Source: Porphyridium purpureum | Lineage: Eukaryota | NCBI GenBank assembly: GCA_008690995.1 | Contig: VRMN01000006.1 | Coordinates: forward strand, 372,001-436,000 | Direction: 5' to 3' | Length of the DNA: 64,000 nucleotides | Shown: positions 10,602 to 20,778 of the stretch, piece after piece | Layout of the letters: each line of letters starts with the position of its first letter | Numbering within the stretch: the stretch's first letter is position 1 | The notes under the pieces: model-generated | Told to the model about the DNA's origin: nothing | Database searches by the model: none | The model's input: the letters and a program-made list of their open reading frames with translations, nothing else | Program-made: the position numbers and the translations under genes

Positions 10602-10854
10602 TGTTGTTTCCCGATATCCGCATGGTGCAGAATAGGTGGCTAGTGTATTCAAAAACAGAAAACAAAAAAATGCTGTTCGAGTCGATGGAGCCCTTGTCCT
10701 TGCATCTATCAGCTTTCAAAGCGCATCCCAGCCACATCCAGGTGAGCTGGCGACACCTTTTATCATTGCGCAAACACGAGAATGCGCACTTCCCTCCAGA
10801 GGATACACATGTTTTTGCTCCGCTTCATTTGCTTTCTTTTTCGTTCATTACTTT

Positions 10855-13194
10855 TCACCTAATGCTTAGTAAAGCTTCTTGTAGACGCACTTCGGACAGG
10901 TGCCCATTGTCGTCCTTGGCAAGCTCCAGTACCATGAGCAGTTTCTTGATGCCCATGTGGTACTCATTAAGCGTCTTGACAATGCTGCTCAGTTCTCCCT
11001 GGTTCTTGAGCACCGCGGGAACGTATTTCTCCGAGCGGACGGACACAGACCCAGATGGCGAGGTGTTAGTACCGGAGAAGGTTTCCACAAAAGTGTCGCC
11101 TTGCAAGATGCTCAGCAGTTCGGCTTCGTTGAGCGTGGAGCATTCCAGTACCGCGTTGAAACATTGCGTGAGCTGCAGCGAGTGCAGGATTGCAGCAGAG
11201 GATGTTGTACCCAAGATGAGCAGCCGCCGGCCTTCCGGTGGGAGGCTTTTGACAAGCACCATCAGAGTCTGCAGTACCGCGTTGCTGAAGCGAGGGCCTA
11301 TAGGTGCATACTCGATCATCCGCTCAATATTGTCGAGTACGACTACACTCAAGGGTGATTTGTGTGCATCATCAAAGGCCTGCGCCAGGGCAGCACACTT
11401 GCTGTTCTCACCGTACCCCACAAATTGCTCTGGCGATATTAACCGCACAAACGGAAATTCACTTTCCAGCGCAAGTTTGGCCGCAAGCGCCGTCTTTCCC
11501 GTACCAAAAGAGCCTTCAATCAGCACTGAGAGGAGAGGATTCCTTCGACTGTGTCGCACCTCTTCGATAAACATGCGCCCGGACTCCACCACGTGCCGCA
11601 GGCGCTCACCGAAGTTAATGAACCCGCCCAAGAGACATCGCTCGAGGCGCTCGGAGCCCATCCCAAAAGCCGGCTGTACTTCCTCAAGTGCACTGTCAAA
11701 GTCGTGCGCTTCCACCACTACGGACTGATCCTTCTGTGAGCTGAGCGCGGCAGTCGTTTGCTGCAAGTTCTTGTAGTCGACATGTCGATTTAGTGCGAAC
11801 GCAGCAGCCGATTTGCACAGACCTTCGATTTCTGCACCAGAATAGTTCTTGGTGCGCCCGGCAAGCTCCTCCAAGCTCACACTCGTACCCAGCATCTTGT
11901 TTGCACGCATCTTTGATGTGTGGATGGACAAGATTTGCAGACGCCCGTGTTCATCCGGGAGCGAAATTTCGACGTGCACTTCGAGGCGCCCAGGGCGTAG
12001 TAGCGCATCGTCAATCATATCCTTCCGATTCGTCATGCCAATGACGAGAATATTATTGAGAGCGTTCACACCGTCGATCTTGCTCAGAATCTGGTTCACC
12101 ACTGTGTCATGAACGCCTGTCGAATCGCGCGCCGACCCGCGCTTCTTGCAAATTGCGTCGATTTCATCAAAAACTATGATGTGAAGGTCGGCCTGCTCGC
12201 CATTTGCGGCAAAGTCCGACTCGGCTTCCGCAAACAGTTCGCGAATGTTCTTTTCGCTACCGCCCACAAATTTGTCCAAGATCTCTGGACCGTTGACCAC
12301 TTTGGGCTCGCGTGCGTTCAGCATCTTACCGATTTGTCGTGCAATCAAGGTCTTGCCCGTTCCGGGCGGCCCAAATAGCAGCATGCCCTTTACGTGATTG
12401 ATGCCAAGCTTGGCAATGATGCTTGGCGGGAACACCCGGGATGCGAACGCGCGCCTGAAAATCTGGCCAAACTCTTTGTCCAGCCCTCCGATACCAAGCT
12501 TCTCAAAATCAAAATCCGGCTTGAAGATCTGGCGCGCTTGCTGCGCGCCCATGCTGGATTCGCCTTTGATCTTGAGGCTGGACCCGGGTGACTTGCTAAA
12601 GTACGCTTGCGTGGTTGCAGAGAACTCTGCACGATCCACGGTTGAGCCTGCCCCACCATCACCGCCTACTTGCAGAATACTTGTGACGCGCAGCGTCAGC
12701 GCTGTTCCGTACAGATCAATAATCCACTTCTGGCACACAGTGAAAACGGCACCGACGCCAGACTTGATCAATAGTTGCTCGATCTCAGCATGTTCCACGT
12801 CTACCGCGTCGCGACTCTTGGACACAAGTTCTACCTCGAAATTGATACCGAACGCCTTGACCGCGCGCTCGTGCCAGCCGAACGCACTTACGTCGACGCG
12901 GTCATTCAGAGCAACCTTGAGTTCCCGCCGCTGAATCGAGTTGAAGGCAATCGCGCCTGACGCTAGCGCTGCTGCGTCAAGAGCCTGCACGACGTACACA
13001 AAGTCACCAATGCATGCATGCGCCACACGAGCCGCACCGGCCGCCCGCTTCCCAAACAGTGCGTCGAAATCGGCCGCGTGTAAGAACGCGCGATTCTGCC
13101 TCGCCAGCTCCTGCGAGGGACTGCTCACCACGTTAAGGCTTACCGACTTGCCGCCGACAGTCGCGCCTGCGCGTGACCCGCCCATCCCAAACAT
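10855..13194 (-). CDS. NSF: Vesicle-fusing AAA ATPase NSF/Sec18
   Basis: LGIGGLDKEF.QIFRRAFASRVFPP, GPPGTGKTLIARQIGKMLN, LHIIVFDEIDAICK.RGS, second Walker A GTGKTALAA. Start placed at ATG 13194. Confidence 0.97.
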   Translation of the reverse strand: MFGMGGSRAGATVGGKSVSLNVVSSPSQELARQNRAFLHAADFDALFGKRAAGAARVAHACIGDFVYVVQALDAAALASGAIAFNSIQRRELKVALNDRVDVSAFGWHERAVKAFGINFEVELVSKSRDAVDVEHAEIEQLLIKSGVGAVFTVCQKWIIDLYGTALTLRVTSILQVGGDGGAGSTVDRAEFSATTQAYFSKSPGSSLKIKGESSMGAQQARQIFKPDFDFEKLGIGGLDKEFGQIFRRAFASRVFPPSIIAKLGINHVKGMLLFGPPGTGKTLIARQIGKMLNAREPKVVNGPEILDKFVGGSEKNIRELFAEAESDFAANGEQADLHIIVFDEIDAICKKRGSARDSTGVHDTVVNQILSKIDGVNALNNILVIGMTNRKDMIDDALLRPGRLEVHVEISLPDEHGRLQILSIHTSKMRANKMLGTSVSLEELAGRTKNYSGAEIEGLCKSAAAFALNRHVDYKNLQQTTAALSSQKDQSVVVEAHDFDSALEEVQPAFGMGSERLERCLLGGFINFGERLRHVVESGRMFIEEVRHSRRNPLLSVLIEGSFGTGKTALAAKLALESEFPFVRLISPEQFVGYGENSKCAALAQAFDDAHKSPLSVVVLDNIERMIEYAPIGPRFSNAVLQTLMVLVKSLPPEGRRLLILGTTSSAAILHSLQLTQCFNAVLECSTLNEAELLSILQGDTFVETFSGTNTSPSGSVSVRSEKYVPAVLKNQGELSSIVKTLNEYHMGIKKLLMVLELAKDDNGHLSEVRLQEALLSIR

Positions 13195-13365
13195 CGCGAC
13201 GTGGCAGAAAACCACAAAGCTGCAGAGCTGCAAGGGACACGCTGTCCACTCTTCTTCCTACTTGCTCCGATGTGTCGATGGAGGAGGAGAAAAAAAGTTT
13301 CTGGTTGGAAGTAAGACGCCACAAGGTGGCGCTGTATTAGAAGCTCGCAGGGGCGGGCCTGATAA

Positions 13366-14250
13366 TCAGTTTACTTGCTGCTTCATGTCGCTTGCGAGGT
13401 CGGTGCGCGACGGACAAGCCGGGTCGACCTCCAGCCACCAGTCCTTCGTGCGCACAACAGATGGGTCCCGCACATCCGAGATCTGCTTTTCGAGCACGTC
13501 AACAAGCTCGCTGTCAAAAAGGCGCTCCATCATCGGGCGCCGAGCCTTATACGCGACAAATTCGATTTTCTCATGCGTCTTGGCGTCAATGAAGGGCGAG
13601 AGCACCTTCCACAAACCGCTGAATAGCATGGGCGAGTCCATGATCACGGCCTTCCCCAGGCGCTCTGGGTACTGGTCGGAGAAGAGACTTAGTGACTTGC
13701 GCCCAATGCTTGGATTCATGTCACCCATGGAGAACCCAACAAAATCTAGAAGCCACACGTACTGCTGAGGCTGTGAAACGTCCGAACTCTCGAACGAGCG
13801 CTCCAAGAGCCAAATGAGGTGCTGCACGTTGTCAGTCGGGTCGCGGTTTTCGACCGCGGTGAAGTGGCTGTAAAAAACCGGCCTCTGCTTCTTGTCGTGC
13901 CCGACAAGCCGCATGGTGTGGCTGCGGCGGTTCTTGATGCACGCCTGGCACACGACGCGCTCCGGCTGTTCTTTGGCGCGCCACACGAGCGACTCACGCA
14001 ACATGGCTTCTGCCGCATCGAGCTGATGCCCACGCGCGCGCAGGTACCTTATCATGGTCGCCTCACACAAAAATGCGTTCATCCCCAGCGTCCGCGGTAC
14101 CATCACCGCCTTGCCGTCTGTTTCCGCAGCGCGCCCGGGAGACACTCCCTGCACACCCGCATCTCCATTCGAACCCACCGGAACCAGGTACTTTTCGATC
14201 CGCGACTGCAGTTCCGCGGCCTGCGCTCTTTCTTCCTCGGTGACGTCCAT
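13366..14250 (-). CDS. CRAL-TRIO (Sec14-like) lipid-binding protein
   Basis: IRYLRARG..LDAAEAMLRESLVWR, GHDKKQRPVFY, YPERLGKAVIMDSP.LF..LWKVLSPFIDAKTHEKIEF. Confidence 0.93.
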   Translation of the reverse strand: MDVTEEERAQAAELQSRIEKYLVPVGSNGDAGVQGVSPGRAAETDGKAVMVPRTLGMNAFLCEATMIRYLRARGHQLDAAEAMLRESLVWRAKEQPERVVCQACIKNRRSHTMRLVGHDKKQRPVFYSHFTAVENRDPTDNVQHLIWLLERSFESSDVSQPQQYVWLLDFVGFSMGDMNPSIGRKSLSLFSDQYPERLGKAVIMDSPMLFSGLWKVLSPFIDAKTHEKIEFVAYKARRPMMERLFDSELVDVLEKQISDVRDPSVVRTKDWWLEVDPACPSRTDLASDMKQQVN

Positions 14251-14590
14251 GCCGCTGCTCTCCGTTCCCTCCGTTCCCGCGCGCGCGCTCTCTCTTTGTC
14301 TCTCTTTGTCTCTCTCCCACCCGCTCTACTCTGGCTCTGGCCCTTCCGCTTCAAACGCTAGCCGCGCGCCGCGCAGCACTCGCCACAACCACAAGCCCCC
14401 GCGTTTCTCCATTTCATAGTAAAACCGTCTTGTTTATCGATAAAGACGTTTGAAGACTTGCGGGGTGTTGTGAGAGGCCGGCATGCACCGACTGCGCAAC
14501 TGGTGCGTGCGCATGTATGCCGATTGTCCTCGTCAAGACTGACGGGAATGGCTCTTCTCCCGCCAAGCTGTGCCCAGCAGTACAGCCTTG

Positions 14591-14911
14591 TCAACTTTGC
14601 CAATCTTCAATCTTTACGCGCGCGCCTACCTCATCCGCACTGCCCGGCTTGGGTTTCCGCTTGCCACGGTTCTCCGCTTCTTGTCTCCGCTTCTCGGCCG
14701 CCTCGAGCATTTTTTGCCGCTTTTCTTCCGGAGTGTCGGTGTCCTTTCCACCACTGACAGCGTCGACGGCTGCTTTGCCGGCCGCAGCGTGAGCATGCGG
14801 AGCACTTTTCGACTCGGATGGCCCCGTGGCCGCGCCGGCATGCTCGGTTGATGCGCCCTTGTGCGTGGCCGACTGCGCGTTGCTACTGGTCTTACCCAGA
14901 CAGCTGCCCAT
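14591..14911 (-). CDS. Small VCP/p97-interacting protein (SVIP)-like, N-acylated
   Basis: MGSCLGK N-myristoylation/palmitoylation start; EEKRQKMLEAAEKRRQEAENRG matches the VIM motif R-x5-AA-x2-R. Confidence 0.75.
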   Translation of the reverse strand: MGSCLGKTSSNAQSATHKGASTEHAGAATGPSESKSAPHAHAAAGKAAVDAVSGGKDTDTPEEKRQKMLEAAEKRRQEAENRGKRKPKPGSADEVGARVKIEDWQS

Positions 14912-15105
14912 CTTGCTCGCACCCGTCCTTTTCACAGTGCGCGACCGCGTGGGACCAGCTTCAACCCTTTCCGGTGCTCAGAGCGCCACAACAATCTTCG
15001 CTACCTTTGCGTTTAAGTTTTTGTGGTTTATTGTCCTCTGGGCACATGGCATTCGTTGGCGCGACAACGCCAAGGGTAACACATGTACAAAAACACTCGG
15101 GCAGC

Positions 15106-17022
15106 CTATCGATTCTCTGATGATCGCTGGCGGTCTGGGCGGTGCGGCTTGACCGACTGCATGAGCTTGGCGTGCTCCTCTAACAAAACTTCGAGTTCGT
15201 CTGCCAACTCGCAAGTCGCCAGTTTGGCCTTTAGTGAATTGGCGCGCTCGATCTTCGTTGTGCATCGCGCCGACTCGAGCGCACTCTGATCCACCGCCGC
15301 CGAGAGTTCTCCCAACATGCGATTGGTGGTCTCGCGCTGCTGCTTCACACGTTTGGGGCGCGAGGACAGATGGCGGAAGAAAGTCACAGCGTTGATGTGT
15401 TTCTCGGGCGCAGGTGCCGATTCCCCTAAAAGGCTCGAGATCGAGCTACTTACTTCGCCCGTCTTGCTGAGTTTCTCCAATTCTTCTATTTTCACATTGC
15501 TCTGTCGAATCGACTCGTCCAGGAAGGCCTTGCGCTCTTCCAGATGTTGAATGCCTTGCGCCAAGTCATCGAGCGCCGCGCTTCTCGTCCAGGCAATGGT
15601 TCTAGATTCGTTGCTGATCGTGGAGCGATTTGTGTCGGTACTCGCACCGTGCTGCTGATTGAAAATCTTTTGAGTTTGGTCCACCGTAGCCCCTAGCGAG
15701 CCTACGTGCTCATCTGCTGCGCGGCCCAGCGGAGTTTCGGCATGATTTGAATGTTGGTTTGAATGTTGATTTGAAGGCGCCTCTTGTAACTTGTCCAGTT
15801 CACTTTGCGCGATAGATTTCACAGTTGCCGGGAGATACTCATTCTGAACGATGGCTCGCAGATTTTGCGACTCACTCTCGTTCGTCTCCAAAGCCTTTCC
15901 GTGTGCCAATCTGTGTCGCTCCTGCCAAAGCAGCTCCGTCTTCAGGCCAATCTCCTCTTTGAGCGCCTCCTTGACGGGCGCAGGAAGACGCGAGCTTTTC
16001 TGAACCTGTATCATGGCATGGATTTCTTGCTCTAGCTGCTCGATCTTCTCCTTCGACCCACTTGTGTCTGCCCGCGGGCGGTCTCGGGTCCCGCTGAGTT
16101 CGCCATCAGAGCTAACACGCACGATCCCGAAAGGCTGCTGAGGTTTTCCCTTTGCGGCATGGCTGTCCATCCCTGGCTGTTCCAACTTTGCGCCCTCTAT
16201 GCTGTCATGAGGCTGACCCACCAGGAATGGCAGCGAGCTAGAATTGGCTTGTTGCCGACCAATCCATTTTGACCCGACCATACTATTACCGGAGCTAGAA
16301 CTTTCGGGAGCGTGCTCATCTGACCCAGCAAGCGGCTCACGCGTCCGCGGCTCATCGCGTGCCGACATTTCTTGAAGCATTCGTTCCTCACATACAGCCA
16401 TCAGAACCGCCACCATATCTACGATCACCGCCCTGGAGATGTCCGCATCGTGTATGATGCTGTGCATCAATGCAGACAACTCTGCGTCACCAAGCTTTGC
16501 GAGATGCGCTTTCAGTCTCGCACTGTTCTCGTCGCCCAGTGCATTTCGCGGTGACGGAACATGCCTCGGCGCTTCATCGTCATTGCCTGTTTCGTAACCA
16601 GCCTCGCTTTCCTGGTCTTGGGCACTGCTTTTTCTTACTCGAGTTGGCTCCTTGTCCTCGTTCTGTTTTTGTTGCTCTGAGGGTCCCGTGCTACGTGCAT
16701 CTTCCGGCGCCTTGCCGTGCGTGTGCGTCAGCGTATCCGTTGCTGCGGGGTGCTTCTCGTCGGCTGGCGGCACTTCTTCCACCGCAGCGGGCTCTCCGGG
16801 ACCGCGACAAGGCTGTGCGTCGCCCGCGGGGGCGCCACCGCCGCCCGTGCGCGAGAGCTGCGCGTCGCGCCCCGCTGCGCTTTCGTCCTCCCAGAGGCGG
16901 CGCTTGGCCGCAATCTCGGCGTCCAAGTCCGCGACCATCTGCGCGCGCACGACGTGCGGCAGCGACGTTTCGAGGCGCAGCTTCTGCGCCAGCGCCTCGA
17001 GCTTCTGCAGCTCCGCGTCCAT
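15106..17022 (-). CDS. Hypothetical coiled-coil protein with dispersed helical repeats
   Basis: Long ORF; start placed at ATG 17022 (MDAELQKLEAL) because the upstream extension merely translates a minisatellite. Confidence 0.75.
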   Translation of the reverse strand: MDAELQKLEALAQKLRLETSLPHVVRAQMVADLDAEIAAKRRLWEDESAAGRDAQLSRTGGGGAPAGDAQPCRGPGEPAAVEEVPPADEKHPAATDTLTHTHGKAPEDARSTGPSEQQKQNEDKEPTRVRKSSAQDQESEAGYETGNDDEAPRHVPSPRNALGDENSARLKAHLAKLGDAELSALMHSIIHDADISRAVIVDMVAVLMAVCEERMLQEMSARDEPRTREPLAGSDEHAPESSSSGNSMVGSKWIGRQQANSSSLPFLVGQPHDSIEGAKLEQPGMDSHAAKGKPQQPFGIVRVSSDGELSGTRDRPRADTSGSKEKIEQLEQEIHAMIQVQKSSRLPAPVKEALKEEIGLKTELLWQERHRLAHGKALETNESESQNLRAIVQNEYLPATVKSIAQSELDKLQEAPSNQHSNQHSNHAETPLGRAADEHVGSLGATVDQTQKIFNQQHGASTDTNRSTISNESRTIAWTRSAALDDLAQGIQHLEERKAFLDESIRQSNVKIEELEKLSKTGEVSSSISSLLGESAPAPEKHINAVTFFRHLSSRPKRVKQQRETTNRMLGELSAAVDQSALESARCTTKIERANSLKAKLATCELADELEVLLEEHAKLMQSVKPHRPDRQRSSENR

Positions 17023-17179
17023 GCTTTCCCCTCGCTTCTCTCGCCACCCACGCCCTGCGCCCACATGGCCAAATATCCCCTCCCCCTCGCCACCCTCCCC
17101 CACCCCTACCGCGTACACCTGCAAATTGTGCCGTTTCGCGCGTGCAAACGTGCAATGCTCAGAGCAATGCGGACACCGC

Positions 17180-17277
17180 GGGTGTTCTGTCAAGGGTGTT
17201 CTGTCCCGGGTGTTCTGTCCCGGGTGTTCTGTCCCGGGTGTTCTGTCCCGGGTGTTCTGTTCAGGGTGCTCTGTTTG
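17180..17277. repeat. 14-bp minisatellite (GGGTGTTCTGTCCC) x7
   Basis: Four perfect central units and three degenerate flanking units, read directly. Confidence 0.95.
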
Positions 17278-17853
17278 GGCGGCCAACGGCGACACGCTGA
17301 CGCACGCGCGCGCGCGTGTATGCACAAAAGCAGCCGGATTTGATCATTTTTGGTCTTTTTCTTTTTGCCAACGCGCCGCACCAGGCGGAGTGGACGTGCG
17401 GCGAAAGGCGCGGTGGAGGTGGCAGCTAGAGGGGACGAGAGGAAGCGAGCAAGAGAGGAAGAGAGGGCCTTGTGGAAGGGGGGAACGGGCTCGCGAGGGG
17501 TCGAGGAGCGGTCGGACTGCGCGGGATCTGTGCGCCTGCAGGTGCGGTGAGGTGGGCGTCGCGCGGGGTCTGGAGACGCGGCGATTGGCCTGCACGGAGC
17601 GCGTGGCGTGCGCCTGGAGTGTGTGCGCGCGGCGATTCGGCAGCGACTACCGTGCACAAGCGCGGCTGACGAGCTGGCTGGCAGGTAGGCAGGTAGGCAG
17701 GCAGGAATCCTGGCTGGTTGGCAGCCTGGCGGGTGGGCGGGCGCTGGCGGAACGGGTTGGGTTCTGCCGGGTTGCAGGGTCGCGCACAGTGCGTGCTGGT
17801 GGTGATCGTTTGAAGGTGCAGCGCCGGTGGGTGCGTGGTCGGCCGGGTCGGTC

Positions 17854-20622
17854 ATGGATGTCACGAGCGTGCTGCTGGCGGCGCAGTCGGCCGATGGTGC
17901 GACGCGATCAGCGGCAGAGCAGCAGCTCGCCTCGGCCGAGGCGCAGTCGTTCGACGCGTTCGTGCGCATGCTGACAGAGGAGCTGTGCGATGAAGCAAAG
18001 CCGCTGGACGCGCGGCGGCTGGCGTCCCTCGTGCTCAAGAACGCGATTGACGCGAAGGAAAGAGCAAAGAAGCAGATGTACATCGACCGGTGGTGCGCGC
18101 CATCCATGGCGCCGACGCGCGACGCATGCAAGGCCAAGCTGATGCAGGCAACGGGATCGCCGCAAAAGGAGGTCCGACACGGCGTTGCGCAGGTGATTGC
18201 CAAGATTGCCGCGATCGAACTATCACGAGGCATGTGGAACGACCTTATCCAGCAGCTCCTGCAATCCGTGACGTCTGATTCAGCGCCACCGGGCGCGAGG
18301 CAGGCAGCGCTAGATATTTTGGGCTATGTGTGCGAAGAAAGCAGCATGGGCAACATCCCTGCGCAGGTGCTTGTCGCGCAGAGCAACTCGATTCTGACGG
18401 CAGTGGTACAAGGAATGCGCTTTGTTGCCGCCACAGGCGACGCGGGAGCGCCGTCGCAAGACGACATTGACCAGGTTCGGCTGGCAGCCACCAACGCACT
18501 GCTCAATGCTCTGGACTTTGCGCGCGAAAACTTTGACCGCGAGGTCGAGCGTGACTTTATTATGCAGATTGTCTGCGAGTCGATCACGGCAAGCAACCGT
18601 GCGATCCAGCAGACCGCGTTGGAATGTTTGGTCAAAGTAGCGGAAAACTACTACATGTATCTGCCAAAGTACATTCAGGTGCTGCACGGGCTTGTGTCTG
18701 ACGCAATGGGCGCGAGCGGCGACGCCGAAGGCTGCGCGCTCCAAGCGATCGAGTTTTGGGCATCGATTGCGGAGGAGGAGCGCGATCTGATGGAAGAAGC
18801 GCAAGCCGCACAGGAAATGGGCGAGCCTGCAGACCCGACGCGGCAGTGTCACGGATTTGTGCGGCAAGCGCTGCCCGTGCTGTGTCCGCGACTACTAGAG
18901 TGCTTGATGACTCAGGAGGAAGAGCAAGACGATGACACCTGGAACAAGTCGACGGCTGCGGGTGCTTGCATGTGCGTACTGGCCGAGGCGGCGCCAGATC
19001 AAATTGTAGAGAATGTGCTTCCGTTTATACAGAGCAAGCTGGTCGATCGAAACGACTGGCGCGCAAGAGAGGCGGCAACAATGGCGTTTGGTAGCGTGTT
19101 GGACGGCCCGCCAGATCATCAGCTGCAACCGCTTATTGAACAGGCGCTACCTTTACTGATGCATGCGCTGCTCACAGACGCGTCGATGGCGGTGCGCGAC
19201 ACCACTGCGTGGACGCTGGGTCGCGTATGTATGTGCCCCGCCGCGATTGATCCAGACTCAGTACAGGCGCCAGGCACGTCGACGCTTCTCACCAAACATT
19301 TGGTCTCTCTGGTTGAATGCCTCGTGCGTTCCCTGAGCAGTGATCCGCCTGTGGCGCGCAATGCCGCCTTTGCGCTACACAACATTGCCGAGGCATATGC
19401 TTACGCAGCGAACGAGCCGCGCAGTGAACTGAGCCCTTACTACGAGGTGATTCTGAGCAGCCTAGTACAGTGCTCGCTTCGCGAAGATGGCGATGAAGCA
19501 AACCTGCGCTCTTCTGCGTATGAGGCGCTGAATGTGACCATGAAGTATGCACCGATGGACGCCATGCACTGGGTGCAGCAGCTCACTCCTGTCATGCTGG
19601 AGCGGCTCGAGCAGTCCATCCAAGCCGCCGCTGTGCAGTCATCCATGGACGACCGTGCTGCGTTGTCTGAAATCCAGGGCCTGCTATGCGGCGTGCTCAT
19701 GACTGCCACGCACCGTCTCAAGGCAGGTCACATTCACCAGTACGCGGACCGCCTGATGCGCGCGTATATCGGCGTACTGGAACTCGGTAATACGCTCCGA
19801 GCTGCGGGAGCCGGTCCGACGGATGTTGCGGCGAGAACCGGAACTTCAGAGAGCGAGGAGAAGACCATGGTAACCGGTAGTATGCACGAGGAGGCCCTGA
19901 TGGCGGTCGGCGCGCTGGCAGATGAGCTGGGCTCCGAGTTCACAAAGTACGTGCCGCATCTAATGCCCTACGTTCTGGCGGGGCTCAGAAACTGGGAGCA
20001 ATATCAGGTTTGCGCAATTGCGGTTGCGGTTGTTGGCGATTTGTGCCGTGCTGTCGATGCCGTGCTGATCACGTACGGCGACGAGATCGTGGCGCTTCTG
20101 CTGACCGCGCTTCAAAGTGGCGATTTGGATAAGTCGGTCAAGCCGCCGATTTTGTCCTGTTTCGGCGACCTTGCGCTCGCCCTCGGGAGTATCTTTGAGC
20201 GTTACATCAATCACGTGATGGCTATGCTGCAGCAAGCGGCACAGAGTTCGCTTCAACTAGAAGTGGCACCAGACGATTTCGATATGCTAGACTGGCTTTG
20301 CTTGCTGCGCGAGAGCATTCTCGAGGCGTACACGGGCGTCATGCAAGGTCTGAACAACCCGGTGCTGCTCTCCCCGCACGTTTCGTGGGTGATTTCGTTC
20401 TGCGAGCTCATTTGCAAGCCAGACACGCTTATCCCGCCCTCGGACCGCCTGTTGGGGTCCATCGTGGGCGTGTTGGGTGACTTGGCGGTGTCACAAGAAG
20501 GCGTCAAGGCCCAGCTGCACACGCTGCCGTGGATTTTGCCCCTTTTGAAGAGTGCAATGGAGTGTGATAGCGCTTCAGTCCAAGAGGTTGGGCAATGGGC
20601 ACATACGGTGATCTTCAGATAA
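17854..20622 (+). CDS. KPNB1: Importin subunit beta-1 (karyopherin beta-1)
   Basis: MDVTSVLLAAQSAD..R..AEQQL, SNSILTAVVQGM, ALQAIEFWASIAEEE, DWRAREAATMAFGSVLDGP, VRDTTAWTLGR, VKPPILSCFGDLALA. Confidence 0.97.
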   Translation: MDVTSVLLAAQSADGATRSAAEQQLASAEAQSFDAFVRMLTEELCDEAKPLDARRLASLVLKNAIDAKERAKKQMYIDRWCAPSMAPTRDACKAKLMQATGSPQKEVRHGVAQVIAKIAAIELSRGMWNDLIQQLLQSVTSDSAPPGARQAALDILGYVCEESSMGNIPAQVLVAQSNSILTAVVQGMRFVAATGDAGAPSQDDIDQVRLAATNALLNALDFARENFDREVERDFIMQIVCESITASNRAIQQTALECLVKVAENYYMYLPKYIQVLHGLVSDAMGASGDAEGCALQAIEFWASIAEEERDLMEEAQAAQEMGEPADPTRQCHGFVRQALPVLCPRLLECLMTQEEEQDDDTWNKSTAAGACMCVLAEAAPDQIVENVLPFIQSKLVDRNDWRAREAATMAFGSVLDGPPDHQLQPLIEQALPLLMHALLTDASMAVRDTTAWTLGRVCMCPAAIDPDSVQAPGTSTLLTKHLVSLVECLVRSLSSDPPVARNAAFALHNIAEAYAYAANEPRSELSPYYEVILSSLVQCSLREDGDEANLRSSAYEALNVTMKYAPMDAMHWVQQLTPVMLERLEQSIQAAAVQSSMDDRAALSEIQGLLCGVLMTATHRLKAGHIHQYADRLMRAYIGVLELGNTLRAAGAGPTDVAARTGTSESEEKTMVTGSMHEEALMAVGALADELGSEFTKYVPHLMPYVLAGLRNWEQYQVCAIAVAVVGDLCRAVDAVLITYGDEIVALLLTALQSGDLDKSVKPPILSCFGDLALALGSIFERYINHVMAMLQQAAQSSLQLEVAPDDFDMLDWLCLLRESILEAYTGVMQGLNNPVLLSPHVSWVISFCELICKPDTLIPPSDRLLGSIVGVLGDLAVSQEGVKAQLHTLPWILPLLKSAMECDSASVQEVGQWAHTVIFR

Positions 20623-20778
20623 CCGACATGAACAGTTTTTGAGAGAGGAGGGGACCGCGTGCTTGCGCAACCGCTTGGTTCAGGGAGCAAGTCTCTCAGT
20701 GGCCTCTTTGAAGTATAAAGTAAAATATAACTATCAGTAGCCTAGTACGATTATGCGCCTGTTCTTTCTTTCCCCCCC

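Noticed and set aside
10598..11728. 376-aa plus-strand ORF
   Set aside because: Antisense shadow of NSF; Ser/Leu-rich with no recognisable motifs.
17180..17277. CRISPR-like or telomeric array
   Set aside because: No unique spacers, no cas genes, eukaryotic context; internal position and unit do not match a telomere repeat I know.
16652..18233. Long overlapping ORFs (440 aa +, 347 aa -)
   Set aside because: GC-rich stop-poor frames crossing a minisatellite and real genes on the opposite strand.
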